Shown piece by piece: positions 11,703-22,795 of a stretch of 64,000 nucleotides of DNA; the first letter of the stretch is position 1, and every line of letters begins with the position of its first letter. This stretch comes from Macrostomum lignano (Eukaryota), in contig NIVC01001586.1 in the NCBI GenBank assembly GCA_002269645.1, positions 18,076-82,075 of the forward strand, given 5' to 3'. The position numbers and the translations under genes are program-made. The notes beneath the pieces were generated by a model. The model saw only the letters and a list, made by a program, of their open reading frames with translations. It made no database searches and was not told the origin of the DNA.

Positions 11703-14700
11703 TTAGCGAATCGACGTTGACCGCCCATATAAAGAAGGCTTATTCCCATCTTCTATAGGATCAAAGAACGCCAAGTCTCGCCATAAATTGAAGCAATTAT
11801 CAATATACTCGTATAATGCGAAGCGTCTTTGAGCGTCTTTGGAAATAATCGCTTGCTGACGCAGAAAATCCGCTGTCTCAAGCTTCAAATTGACGAGGGC
11901 GTCCCTATAGTAGGGAGCGAATAAAAAATATAATTTCCCACCGATTTTAGAGAACTCCGAGCTTTAGGCCGCGTACGCGTCGTATTTTTGCACCTGGCTG
12001 TGCGTGCGTTTTAGTCGCTGAGAGTCGCTGAGAGAATTCAAATTCGTTCCTATACTAGCTACTGGGTAAGTTGAAGCAGCTTTTTGTCACTCACATGGCC
12101 CAGCTCTATAAATAGGAGTTCTAGCAAATTGGACTTTAAAATATGGCGCACTCAAAATGCTTTTACAGGCGGAAATTTACTAAATTGCAGAAAGTGTACG
12201 TGCCTGACGATTAGAAAGCCAGGGCCGCTGTGTACACCCTGAGCGCGTGCCTGTGTACACAGTATTGGCACTCTTGCATGTGCTCAGGAGTCATTGAAAT
12301 AGGCCGAATTGCCTCACCCCAGGTTGTGGAACGATGTCGCCGAAGGCATTGCGCCAGGGTGCAGCTGTCTCTAGATTTGATCATTTAAATATGATAGATG
12401 GCTGAGGGGGGCCGTAGCCCAGCGGTAGCGCAGCTGCTCTGGTGTGCCAGCGGCCCAGGCTCGATTCCAAGTGCAGTCACATTAATTTGGGGCTGAATTG
12501 GAATCTCGGCTTGGCTCTGCTCGTGCAATTAACGGCCTTGAGAGCCAACCCCCCAAGGCACAGTGAAGTGTACATGCCTAACGATCAAATAAAGTTAGGG
12601 CCGCTGTACACTCCTGTGTGAGTGTGTGCCTGTGCGTGTGACTGCGTACGTATCCGCGCGCTTGTGTGCCTGCTCAGGGGAGTCGGCGGAATGGGCAGTA
12701 ATGCCTCTCGCCGGTTGTGTGCCTATGTCGCTTAAAGTGCGCCAGGGTGCACACAACCCCCCTGCCTCTAATAAAAAAATGATAGATGGCTGATTTTTTT
12801 TACTTTATCCAACTCCACATGTCAATCGAGCAGTGCCAAGCTTTCCGGTGCACCCAGTCCAACAGCAGGACAAAGTGGAACTGTGCCAGCGTATCGCCCC
12901 TGCGGAACACCAGCCCCTGCACGCCTGCCCCGATGCATGGACAATCGCATGTAATCATAGATTTGGCGACATCAAAAGTGGCTGCTGTGTCCTGAATAGG
13001 AAATGATCATGCAAGTTGATTTAATTTCAGACGCAGTCTTGAAGAGTAGCAATCAAAGTTAGTGAGCTGTTCTGGCTGAGCGTCTCTTGACTAGTGATTT
13101 CCTGTCTAACACAACTATTGATTAGCAGACTAGTTTTACAGAGATACAAAGCTAAACGGAGGGAAATGAGAACTTGTTCAAGAGACTTCAGGCCCATCAA
13201 GAGAATCTAGTCTAGACATACATGTAGGTAAATTCATCAGCTCGTTGTGCAGCTGTACTGTGTTGCTGCGCTCGAACCAGTGTGTCTACCGCTTAAATTT
13301 CATTTCTGTTATCTGTTTTTTTGGTCTATTGGCAAATGACTAATGAATAAGCTGGAGGCATATATGTAAAAGCATAAATTGTTTTTAGAGTTTTTTGGTC
13401 CACTGACTTACGCTTGCCGCAGTGGGCTGAAACAGTGGGCAGAAGGACAACTCAAGTAGGACGCGAAAGCTCGTTTCTCGGAAATTTTATTAGGCAGGTT
13501 TTTCCAAAAAATACACTACAGAGATACGAGTACATTTAGGAAGATTTCATTTTTTTTCAACACAAAAATTGTTATTGCTTTCCAATGTTTGGAGGCAGAC
13601 CCAATGTTCATCTTTTAATATGTTGTGCCATTCTTATAGCTTTATTGATATTTATAAAGCTTTTCGTTTAGAAAATTAGGATTCTAATGTCTGCGTCAAC
13701 TGACTGTTCACTCGTTTTAACGCTCGGACAGTCATTGAGTTCGGAGTTCTGACTGGTAAATCAACAGTCAGCTACTTATGAAAATCTGAGATACCTGGTA
13801 CGTTCTAAACAAATTAGAAGCCCCATCAATATAGGCAGTGCGTGTGAGGGTGTTCGGGAGGTCTGAGAGAGAACAGCAACAGACCACACTCGATGCCGTG
13901 ACAAAGTACAGCAGGGCTCACTTTCGTTGAGCTCGCGTGAGGCCTTGACGGCAAATCTGTAAACTATTTTATGACCTTCTTTGCCATTACAAAAAGCTTT
14001 TGTGATTTTTTATTCACAAATTTGTTCTTATTAAGGCAACCAAAACTTTTCGGATAGCCGTCAAAACACTAAGATTTTATAGAATTTTAAGTTCAAATTT
14101 TATATTGAAACCTACAGTAAGTTTTAAGTATTTCCTGTTTGCACGATATTAGAAATGGTGAGTATTTTTAATACGCTTGGCTTCAGACCCTTGGCCGTTA
14201 GGAACTATAGGCATGATGAAGCTATATATGCAAAAATGAATTCCAGAAGTAACTTCAGACTTTGATCTACGAGAAAAAGTTTAATCTAGCAGTTTTCAGG
14301 ACAGAGAAAGGCTTTTACAGGGCTGGGATGCAGAGTTTGAGGCAGGGGACAGCGATAAAAGATAGGGGATCTCAGCTGGCTGGGATTAACTGGGCGGCAA
14401 TTCGATTAATTCAATCCCGATTCAGGTGGCAAAGATTTACTAGCTGAACTGCCAGTTCAATTCTCCCAATGTCGGAGCGACTGACTTCCGGCATTGAAAT
14501 ATAAAATATCGATTCAATTCAACCTTATCACTGAAGGCGGTTGTCTCAAGATGCTTGCGAGATGGTTGACTCCGCGCTGGTCCATGCTAGGTCAGAGAAG
14601 GCACACAGAAAAGTATTAAATAAAATAAGCCAAAGTTGCCTAGTCGTATTTACACAGTACTCAGTTTTATTTGTACGAAATAGCAAAACTTATGAGTCTA

Positions 14701-15254
14701 TGAGAATTTCCCACCGAGGTTTTCCCGCAGGGTTTTTACAGTCGGAATTTCAAGTCAAATCCAATTGGATTTTAAATCTAGTCTAGTCTAGTCTAGTCTA
14801 GTCTAGTCTAGTCTAGTCTAGTCTAGTCTAGTCTAGTCTAGTCTAGTCTAGTCTAGTCTAGATTAGTTGGTTAGTTCAAATTTAGTCCAGCACTGTCTAT
14901 AGACAGGATTTGACTTGAAATTCCGACTGTAAAAACCCTGCGGGAGATTCTCGTGCTCCCAAATTTATTAATACCTTTAATAATAATACGAGCGTACTTA
15001 ATAACGCCAGTTCCCCTGAACCCCCCCCCCCAGCACGGATAGATACGCAGGCACACGCTCACACAGGGTGTACTTTCTCAGTTACTCAAAGAGGTTAAAG
15101 TAGTAACTTCATCATCATAATTTGACTTTATTGATTCATCAAATTATTCATTAATGAGCTAATATGGCTTACCTTAAAACTAAAATGCCACCTTCAATCA
15201 GTAGCACCGTTAAATGGAATAAATTGATTAGCTTTGACGTCAAGAGTGACAAAT
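11703..15254 (-). CDS. Probable multi-exon gene of unknown function (partial)
   Basis: Phase-consistent chain 15254-15173, 14586-14524, 13956-13922, 13862-13795, 13426-13412 (15-nt micro-exon), possibly two more exons in ~13280-13035, then 12991-12804 and 11904-~11703. Reads DLSLLTSKLINLFHLTVLLIEGGILVLSMDQRGVNHLASILRQPPSVIRFAVKASRELNENLPNTLTRTAYIDGASNLFRTYQPTAAS...DTAATFDVAKSMITCDCPC...DWVHRKAWHC...WIKDALVNLKLETADFLRQQ...RFALYEYIDNCFNLWRDLAFFDP. No family recognised. Confidence 0.45.
12190..12390 (+). mobile_element. Older, 5'-truncated SINE copy
   Basis: Aligns by eye with 12566-12760 (GTGTAC.TGCCT.ACGA ... GGGCCGCTGT ... TGCGCCAGGGTGCA). Confidence 0.65.
12406..12778 (+). mobile_element. 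Full-length tRNA-derived SINE with 15-bp target-site duplication
   Basis: A box TAGCCCAGCGG at 12415-12425, B-box-like GGCTCGATTCC at 12458-12468, A-rich tail; ATGATAGATGGCTGA duplicated at 12391-12405 and 12779-12793. Confidence 0.85.
14723..14960. mobile_element. MITE-like element: perfect 40-bp inverted repeats around an (AGTCT)n microsatellite
   Basis: 14723-14762 is the exact reverse complement of 14906-14945; microsatellite at ~14776-14861; terminal ATTCTCGTGCTCCC is also found at 36830-36843. Confidence 0.7.
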
Positions 15255-15500
15255 CTGCTCACAATTCCAATGCACCTCCCAACCCATGGACAGGCTGCGA
15301 TGCACAGAACGGCTAGTGGACATTCCGTCCCCTGCGCCTGCGATTGGTCGAGGGCTGCAAAATCACCGGCAGGACTCGAAGCTCCGCCCGACCCTCTCCG
15401 CGCCTCGTCCATCTCTATATATGAACCGGCAGCTGGCGAACTCCTTCAGCCACTTCCCTTCCCGACTCGACTGGCCACCGGACAACAAGAGGCAACAGCG

Positions 15501-17470
15501 ATGAACTCCGCCCAGGCTGCCGAATCGCTGGCCGCGATCTGCAACGGCACCGAGGCGATGGCCGCCTGCATCGAGGAGGCAATCTACAGCGTCACGGTCG
15601 AGACCAAGCTGTCCGAGAGCTTCTACCAGGCTGCCGCAGCCGGCTACATCGCGGTTCTGCTGTGCGCGGTGCTGGCCAACAGCCTCATGCTGTACGCCAT
15701 CCTGTCAACCTGGCGCGAGAGCCGGGCATCGAATTATCGCTGCTTCTATTTGAATTTGATCGTCTGCGACCTGCTGTCGGCGCTGCTGATCCTGCCGGCT
15801 AGCGGCCGCGACCAGATCGACGACCGCTGGCTGTTGGGCGAGGCCGGCTGCAAGGCGGTGCACGCGCTCAGCGTCTGCCTCATGTGCAGCAGCGTGCTGA
15901 CCCTCACCGGCGTCAGCTGGCTGCGCTGCCTCGGCGCCGGCCGGCTGACCTTCAACTGGATTGACAGGCGGCGCAGCCTCGGCCGCGAGCTGGCCGCCAT
16001 CGGTGCCATCTGGCTGCTGGCCGGCCTGGCCGCCTTGCCCGCTGGCGCGGTGTCCGAGCTGCAGGAGCAGTACGACGGCATCTCCGGCCACCTCGCGGAC
16101 AAACTGGACCGGCCAATCAGCTGGCCGGTGTGCCGAGAAAACTGGGGCAACCAGTCGGCGACAGAGGCCGACGCGGAGGGGCAGCGGCAGTTCAACGCCA
16201 GCTTCTGGTGAGCTCAGGCTGTTGCGCAACTTAAGCTCAAATTCAGATTGAGTTCGAACTTTTGCCCGCTGCAGAGAACTGGGGACATCAGAGTGCTGAA
16301 GTAGCAAAACTGTAGGCGGGCTGCGGCAGAGCACTAAGAGGGTAGGGACAGAGGGTAGTACAGAGGGTAGGGGCAGAGGGTAGCGACAGAGGGTAGGGAC
16401 AGAGGGTAGGGACAGAGGGTAGCGACAGAGGGTTAGGGATAGAGGGTAGGGACAGAGGGTAGGGACAGAGGGTAGGGACAGAGGGTTAGAGACAGAGGGT
16501 GGGACAGAGAGTAGGGACAGAGGGTAGGGACAGAGGGTAGGGACAGAGGGTGGGACAGAGGGTCGGAACAGAGGGTTAGAGACAGAGGGTGGGACAGAGA
16601 GTAGGGACAGAGGGTAGGGACAGAGGGTGGGACAGAGGGTAGGGACAGAGGTAGGGACAGAGCACAAAGGCAGACGCTGAGCATACCCATTAACCCACGG
16701 CCTGCAGGTACGGCCTGGCCATCCTATGCTTGGCCTTCCTCCTGCCGCTGCTCAGCCTGGCTGCCGCCTATTGCCGCATCTGCCGCGTCATCTACCTGTC
16801 CAACCGCATTCTGAACGCGCATCGTCGCTGGCAGGAGATGGTCAGCGCTGGCTACCGCGGTGCTGCGGACACGACCCTCGTACGGCTCAGCAGCCTGCAG
16901 CAGCGCCAGCAGCAGCAACAGCAGCAACAACAACAGAAGCAGCAGCAGCGCCAGCAGCAGCGGCGGCACCAGGCCACTCCGCCGCTGCCGCCATCCACCT
17001 GCAATGCCATCAGCCAGCGTCGCCGGCTGGCAACCTCTCGCCGAATGTTCCTCCTAGCCGTAGCCCTAGTGGTGATTTTCGCCGTCACCTGGCTGCCAAT
17101 CCAGTGCTTTCAGCTCATCCGGGCCCGCCCGGACTCCAGGGTGTGGAACGCTGAACTGTCGCACAAGTTGGCCTTCGTATTCCACCTGCTGGCGCTGTCG
17201 AACTGCCTCGTGAACCCCTGCTTCCTGGTGGCCACGCATTCGCCATACAGGCGCCGGCTTCGCCGTCTGGTTCGCAACTTCTACAGGCGCCGACGCCGGC
17301 ACGGCTGCTGCGTCTGTTGCCTGCTCTGCTTGTGCAACATCTTCGGCTCCTGTTGCGACTGTTGCTGCTGTGGCGGTCGCGACGGCAGAGACGGCTGCAA
17401 CACGTGCTGGCTGTGCCCGTTCCGGAAGCGAGCCGGGGACCGGCAGTTCGAGCTGAACGATCTCAGTTGA
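15501..17470 (+). CDS. Rhodopsin-family (class A) GPCR, NPY/NPF-type neuropeptide-receptor-like, 489 aa
   Basis: Exons 15501-16207 and 16708-17470 (phase-2 intron, TG|GTGAGC...CTGCAG|G), 1470 nt total. TM1 AN, TM2 NLIVCD, ECL1 WLLGEAGCK, TM4 W, ECL2 Cys, TM6 FAVTWLP, TM7 HLLALSNCLVNP. Confidence 0.92.
16335..16660 (+). repeat. 13-bp G-rich minisatellite (AGAGGGTAGGGAC)n in the GPCR intron
   Basis: About 24 units with two GGG runs each. Confidence 0.93.
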
Positions 17471-18526
17471 ACTTTGATGCCCGCGAAAGACGTTGATTGT
17501 AACAGTGAAGAAAGTCAAATTCGATGAACAGAAAGTCAAGAGTCTATTTTTTATGTTTGTCCACGAGTGCAGCTCTGTATGGTGAATTCCATCTCACAGA
17601 ATTTTGTCTTGTGAATGTATAAGTGAATTTTCTGTCTCTCTAAACTGTTTCCAGTTTGTTTAAAGTCGCGCCCCCTCTCCCTAAGTGTGCCCACCTCCGA
17701 CTTGACTGTTCTGCACGCTGGTCATGAAATATAATAGCCCTATAAAACATGCAAAAATGTGTTCAATTCTGCATACAGCCCGCAGTAAACCACTGTAGTA
17801 AAAAGCATTGGAAATTTCGATTAAGGAAATGAGAAAAACACAGAGCTAGCAGGATGGGATTTCACATCGGTTCCCAATCCGTCTGCACTTCGGTCTGCGG
17901 CAAAGCCATCCCAAAAAGCGGCCCATTGTGCAAGTTAGTAAAAACATCACGCGTACATCCGCACCTGCACTGACTAATAAACCAGCCCGTGTCTCACTGC
18001 AGACAATCAACACGTGACAATTTGCCAAATGAAACCAGCCTGACCGCCTTGTTTCTGGACCCGACCGAGGAGGAGGCTCTCAGGTGTGCTCAGGCGAACT
18101 CGAGAAAAACAACTCGACCATATGGTGACTTGCTTTCTGATGGGGATGGCCTGCTGCAGCTGGGAAGCTTCTTGATAACCCTTGTGCGAATTTGCTGGAC
18201 AAGGTGCTTGAAAATATAAGCCAGATGAGGCACAAGTGTTTATCCCTGCCTCCGCGTGAACCTTGGCGCAGCATTCCTAATTTGCAGTTCCTATGTTATA
18301 ATGCATGTTCTTCTTCAAATAAATATACACAGCATCTGGTTCCTGCTCACGCACTCACGTTTCTTGACCTTAAAAAACAGGTCTTCGAGCTTATCAATAG
18401 CGATCGGAAATGCTGCTCAGCATCCTTCATCTTGATCGAATTTCACTAAGTTCAGTCTAACTGCAAACACGAGCCCGCGCATGCCTTAAATGTGTAACAG
18501 AGAGGGGGGAGCAGCCCAATTGCAAA

Positions 18527-19977
18527 CCAGATCCTAGATCCCAGATCCTAGATCCCAGATCCTAGATCCCAGATCCTAGATCCCAGATCCTAGATCCCAG
18601 ATCCTAGATCCCAGATCCTAGATCCCAGATCCTAGATCCCAGATCCTAGATCCCAGATCCTAGATCCCAGATCCTAGATCCCAGATCCTAGATCCCAGAT
18701 CCTAGATCCCAGATCCTAGATCCCAGATCCTAGATCCCAGATCCTAGATCCCAGATCCTAGATCCCAGATCCTAGATCCCAGATCCTAGATCCCAGATCC
18801 TAGATCCCAGATCCTAGATCCCAGATCCTAGATCCCAGATCCTAGATCCCAGATCCTAGATCCCAGATCCTAGATCCCAGATCCTAGATCCCAGATCCTA
18901 GATCCCAGATCCTAGATCCCAGATCCTAGATCCCAGATCCTAGATCCCAGATCCTAGATCCCAGATCCTAGATCCCAGATCCTAGATCCCAGATCCTAGA
19001 TCCCAGATCCTAGATCCCAGATCCTAGATCCCAGATCCTAGATCCCAGATCCTAGATCCCAGATCCTAGATCCCAGATCCTAGATCCCAGATCCTAGATC
19101 CCAGATCCTAGATCCCAGATCCTAGATCCCAGATCCTAGATCCCAGATCCTAGATCCCAGATCCTAGATCCCAGATCCTAGATCCCAGATCCTAGATCCC
19201 AGATCCTAGATCCCAGATCCTAGATCCCAGATCCTAGATCCCAGATCCTAGATCCCAGATCCTAGATCCCAGATCCTAGATCCCAGATCCTAGATCCCAG
19301 ATCCTAGATCCCAGATCCTAGATCCCAGATCCTAGATCCCAGATCCTAGATCCCAGATCCTAGATCCCAGATCCTAGATCCCAGATCCTAGATCCCAGAT
19401 CCTAGATCCCAGATCCTAGATCCCAGATCCTAGATCCCAGATCCTAGATCCCAGATCCTAGATCCCAGATCCTAGATCCCAGATCCTAGATCCCAGATCC
19501 TAGATCCCAGATCCTAGATCCCAGATCCTAGATCCCAGATCCTAGATCCCAGATCCTAGATCCCAGATCCTAGATCCCAGATCCTAGATCCCAGATCCTA
19601 GATCCCAGATCCTAGATCCCAGATCCTAGATCCCAGATCCTAGATCCCAGATCCTAGATCCCAGATCCTAGATCCCAGATCCTAGATCCCAGATCCTAGA
19701 TCCCAGATCCTAGATCCCAGATCCTAGATCCCAGATCCTAGATCCCAGATCCTAGATCCCAGATCCTAGATCCCAGATCCTAGATCCCAGATCCTAGATC
19801 CCAGATCCTAGATCCCAGATCCTAGATCCCAGATCCTAGATCCCAGATCCTAGATCCCAGATCCTAGATCCCAGATCCTAGATCCCAGATCCTAGATCCC
19901 AGATCCTAGATCCCAGATCCTAGATCCCAGATCCTAGATCCCAGATCCTAGATCCCAGATCTCAGATCCTAGATCCC
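18527..19977. repeat. Homogeneous 14-bp tandem repeat (GATCCTAGATCCCA)n, ~103 copies
   Basis: Strict alternation of the heptamers GATCCTA and GATCCCA; no variant seen until the last unit. Confidence 0.98.
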
Positions 19978-20844
19978 CACATAGTCTGACATTTAAGTTT
20001 TATAATTTCAACAGTGACTTTGAAAATTGACTTAAAATTGAATCAATTTTGTTCTCGTCTTGCACATTTTTCCTCAAAATATCTGAAAAAAACACAAAGC
20101 ATCAGCAATGACGCTTGAAATGCGTGAAAATATGCTAAAAATAAGTTTAGACCAAATAAAGTCTAGCGATGTGAGCGTGCAGTCCTGATGCTCAAGTTTT
20201 GCATGCCCAGCTCGAACAGAAGAAAAGACGGAAGCGCGGTGACGCAGCAACAAAATCAGTCAAAGACAACTTTGCCTAATTTGTAGCAAACTTTTCTTTT
20301 TAGAAGAGGTTTCTCTGGCTAGGTTTCCAGCAGGCCCTATCGCTAACGTGACCAGAGCTGAAAAGCGGTCGCTCGGCTGTTTTTCTCTTTGGAATTTTCA
20401 ACACGCTCCCCGACTCACTGGCCTGGCGTGTCGGCTCCAGATTCTCTCGAAACTCTTATTAAGACTTCATTAGCCGGCGAATGTTTAAACATCACGAGGG
20501 GACAGCCAGGTGATCCGGTTGGCTTGCGCTTGGCAACTCCCACAGGTGGCCCGCACAGACTTACCTGGGAGCAAATTAATTGGGCGGGAGAAAGTCTAAA
20601 GGCAGGCACGCAATGCCGGTGTCAGGAGGTAGACAAGTGAATTGAAGATTCAAGAGTCACGAAAAGGTGACCAGATTTGTTTATTATTAAGGAATTAAGT
20701 GCGCAACCTTTGGTTTTCCAAGGATTGCTAAAATCTCTAAAACACAACCTGCTGAAAAATCTGTTCCATAGTCAAAACAGAAATTCAAATCAGGAGAGGC
20801 AGAAATAACAGTGACTCGCTGGCAGCCTGACCTGCAGCGTCTTC

Positions 20845-21712
20845 AGCTAGCCCAGTAGGTTGCCAGCTACCCCAATAGGTTGTCAGTTCTCCCGGTAGGT
20901 TGTCAGCTAGCCCAGTAGATTGCCAGCTACCCCAATAGGTTGTCAGTTCTCCCGGTAGGTTGTCAGCTAGCCTGGTAGATTGTCAGCTACCCCAATAGGT
21001 TGTCAGTTCTCCCGGTAGGTTGTCAGCTAGCCTGGTAGGTTGCCAGCTACCCCAATAGGTTGTCAGTTCTCCCGGTAGGTTGTCAGCTAGCCTGGTAGAT
21101 TGTCAGCTACCCCAATAGGTTGTCAGTTCTCCCGGTAGGTTGTCAGCTAGCCTGGTAGATTGTCAGCTACCCCAATAGGTTGTCAGTTCTCCCGGTAGGT
21201 TGTCAGCTAGCCCAGTAGATTGCCAGCTACCCCAATAGGTTGTCAGTTCTCCCGGTAGGTTGTCAGCTAGCCTGGTAGATTGTCAGCTAGCTCGGTAGTT
21301 TGTCAGCTAGCCCAGTAGGTTGCCAGCTCTCCCGGTAGGTTTTAAGTTCTCCCGGTAGGTTGTCAGCTCTCCCGGTAGGTTGTCAGCTCTCCCGGTAGGT
21401 TGTCAGCTAGCTCGGTAAGGTTGCCACCTAGCTCGGTAAGGTTGCCAGCTAGCTCAGAGGTTGTCAGCTAGCCCGGTTGGTTGTCAGCTAACCCGGTTGG
21501 TTGTCAGCTAGCTCGGTAGATTGTCAGCTAGCTCGGTAGGTTGTCAACTAGCCCGGTAGGTTTTCAGCTCTCCCAGTAGGTTGTCAGCTCTCCCGGTAGG
21601 TTTTCAGCTCTCCCGGTAGGTTTTCAGCTAGCTCGGTTAGGTTGCCAGCTAGCTCAGAGGTTGTCAGCTAACCCGGTTGGCTGTCAGCTAGCTTGGTTGG
21701 TTTTCAGCTACC
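20845..21712. repeat. 20-bp minisatellite (GTTGTCAGCTAGCCCGGTAG) with 60-bp higher-order structure in its left half
   Basis: Three variant 20-mers recur every 60 bp over ~20860-21290. Confidence 0.93.
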
Positions 21713-22599
21713 TGCATAAATCCTACCGTTTTAAGCCCATTTTAAGCTACCTGAGCCTCCCCTGTTAAAAGCCTCCATTTCTGTCAGTCGCACGATGCAG
21801 TTCACAAAATCCCCCGTGAAATTCTTAGCTAATCTCTGCCGCTTCCTTGGTTTCAAATTACAGTCGACATTAAAAGATCCCGGGCACTACGGCAGCTCAC
21901 GTGGCATTGTCACTCGCTGTTGTTACCCGCACCATCGAGCAATCATTTTTAAAAATCTGTCAAGAAATCCAGTCATTCGCGTGCCCTGTTGAACAGATGG
22001 ATTGACTAATGTCGCTAATATTAACCTTGCTTTAATCTCCTTGGTTTGTCTAATTAGAGATTATCAAATTGACAGGCTGCTCGCACTGCCCGCCCTTCGA
22101 TCAGGTTGAGCAGGCTGGAGTCTATCGCGAGACAGTATAAATCCCCCATCAGCTTATCCCGCCGTTCAGGTTGCTTAAAAATAGTCTCAGCTCTTAATCC
22201 CGCACGGAGACGGGCGCTCAGTTCAGTCAGAGAGAGCCAGCTTCACAAGTGACTCTGCCACCATAGCGAGTAGGTCGCGAATTTTCGCGAATTAGTGAGA
22301 AAGTGATGGCTAATGCTCCACAGCCGCCGTCTTGTTTCCTAATATGCGAGGACATTAATCCGAACTTTTAGGTTGCAATATTCGAAATATTCAGATCACT
22401 TTTCAAATAGTGCTCAAGGCGTACTGACTGTCTGCAAAAACTAAATCGCGAATTTAAGCCTTCTTGCTTTTAGGTTTATATGAGCCAGACGAAAGATAGA
22501 TTGAATTATTCATGGTTTGATAAAGCTTTATAAAGAAAAGGTTGTCTAATCGTCCCCTCATTACATAGCAGTGCATTGTTAGCCGGCAGATGCAAGATT

Positions 22600-22795
22600 G
22601 TTAGCTAGTTTATAGATTGTTATAGATTGTTTATAGATTGTTATAGATATTTGGCAGATTGTTATAGATTGTTTATAGATTGTTATAGATATTTGGCAGA
22701 TTGTTATAGATTGTTTATAGATTGTTATAGATATTTGGCAGATTGTTATAGATAGTTTATAGATTGTTATAGATATTTGGCAGATTGTTATAGAT
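22600..22795. repeat. 42-bp unit built from TTATAGATTG subunits
   Basis: 14-aa periodic antisense ORF (ITICQISITIYKQS). Confidence 0.88.

Noticed and set aside
16430-16580. Telomeric TTAGGG seeds
   Set aside because: Only isolated variants of the 13-bp unit, with no tandem telomeric tract.
15705-17539. Minus-strand ORFs over the GPCR, and similar antisense ORFs over MGAT1, gag-pol and the phosphatase
   Set aside because: Shadows of GC-rich coding sequence and repeats; no motifs.
20558-20570. U1 snRNA 5' end (ACTTACCTGG)
   Set aside because: No downstream U1 stem-loops or Sm site; better explained as a minus-strand splice donor.
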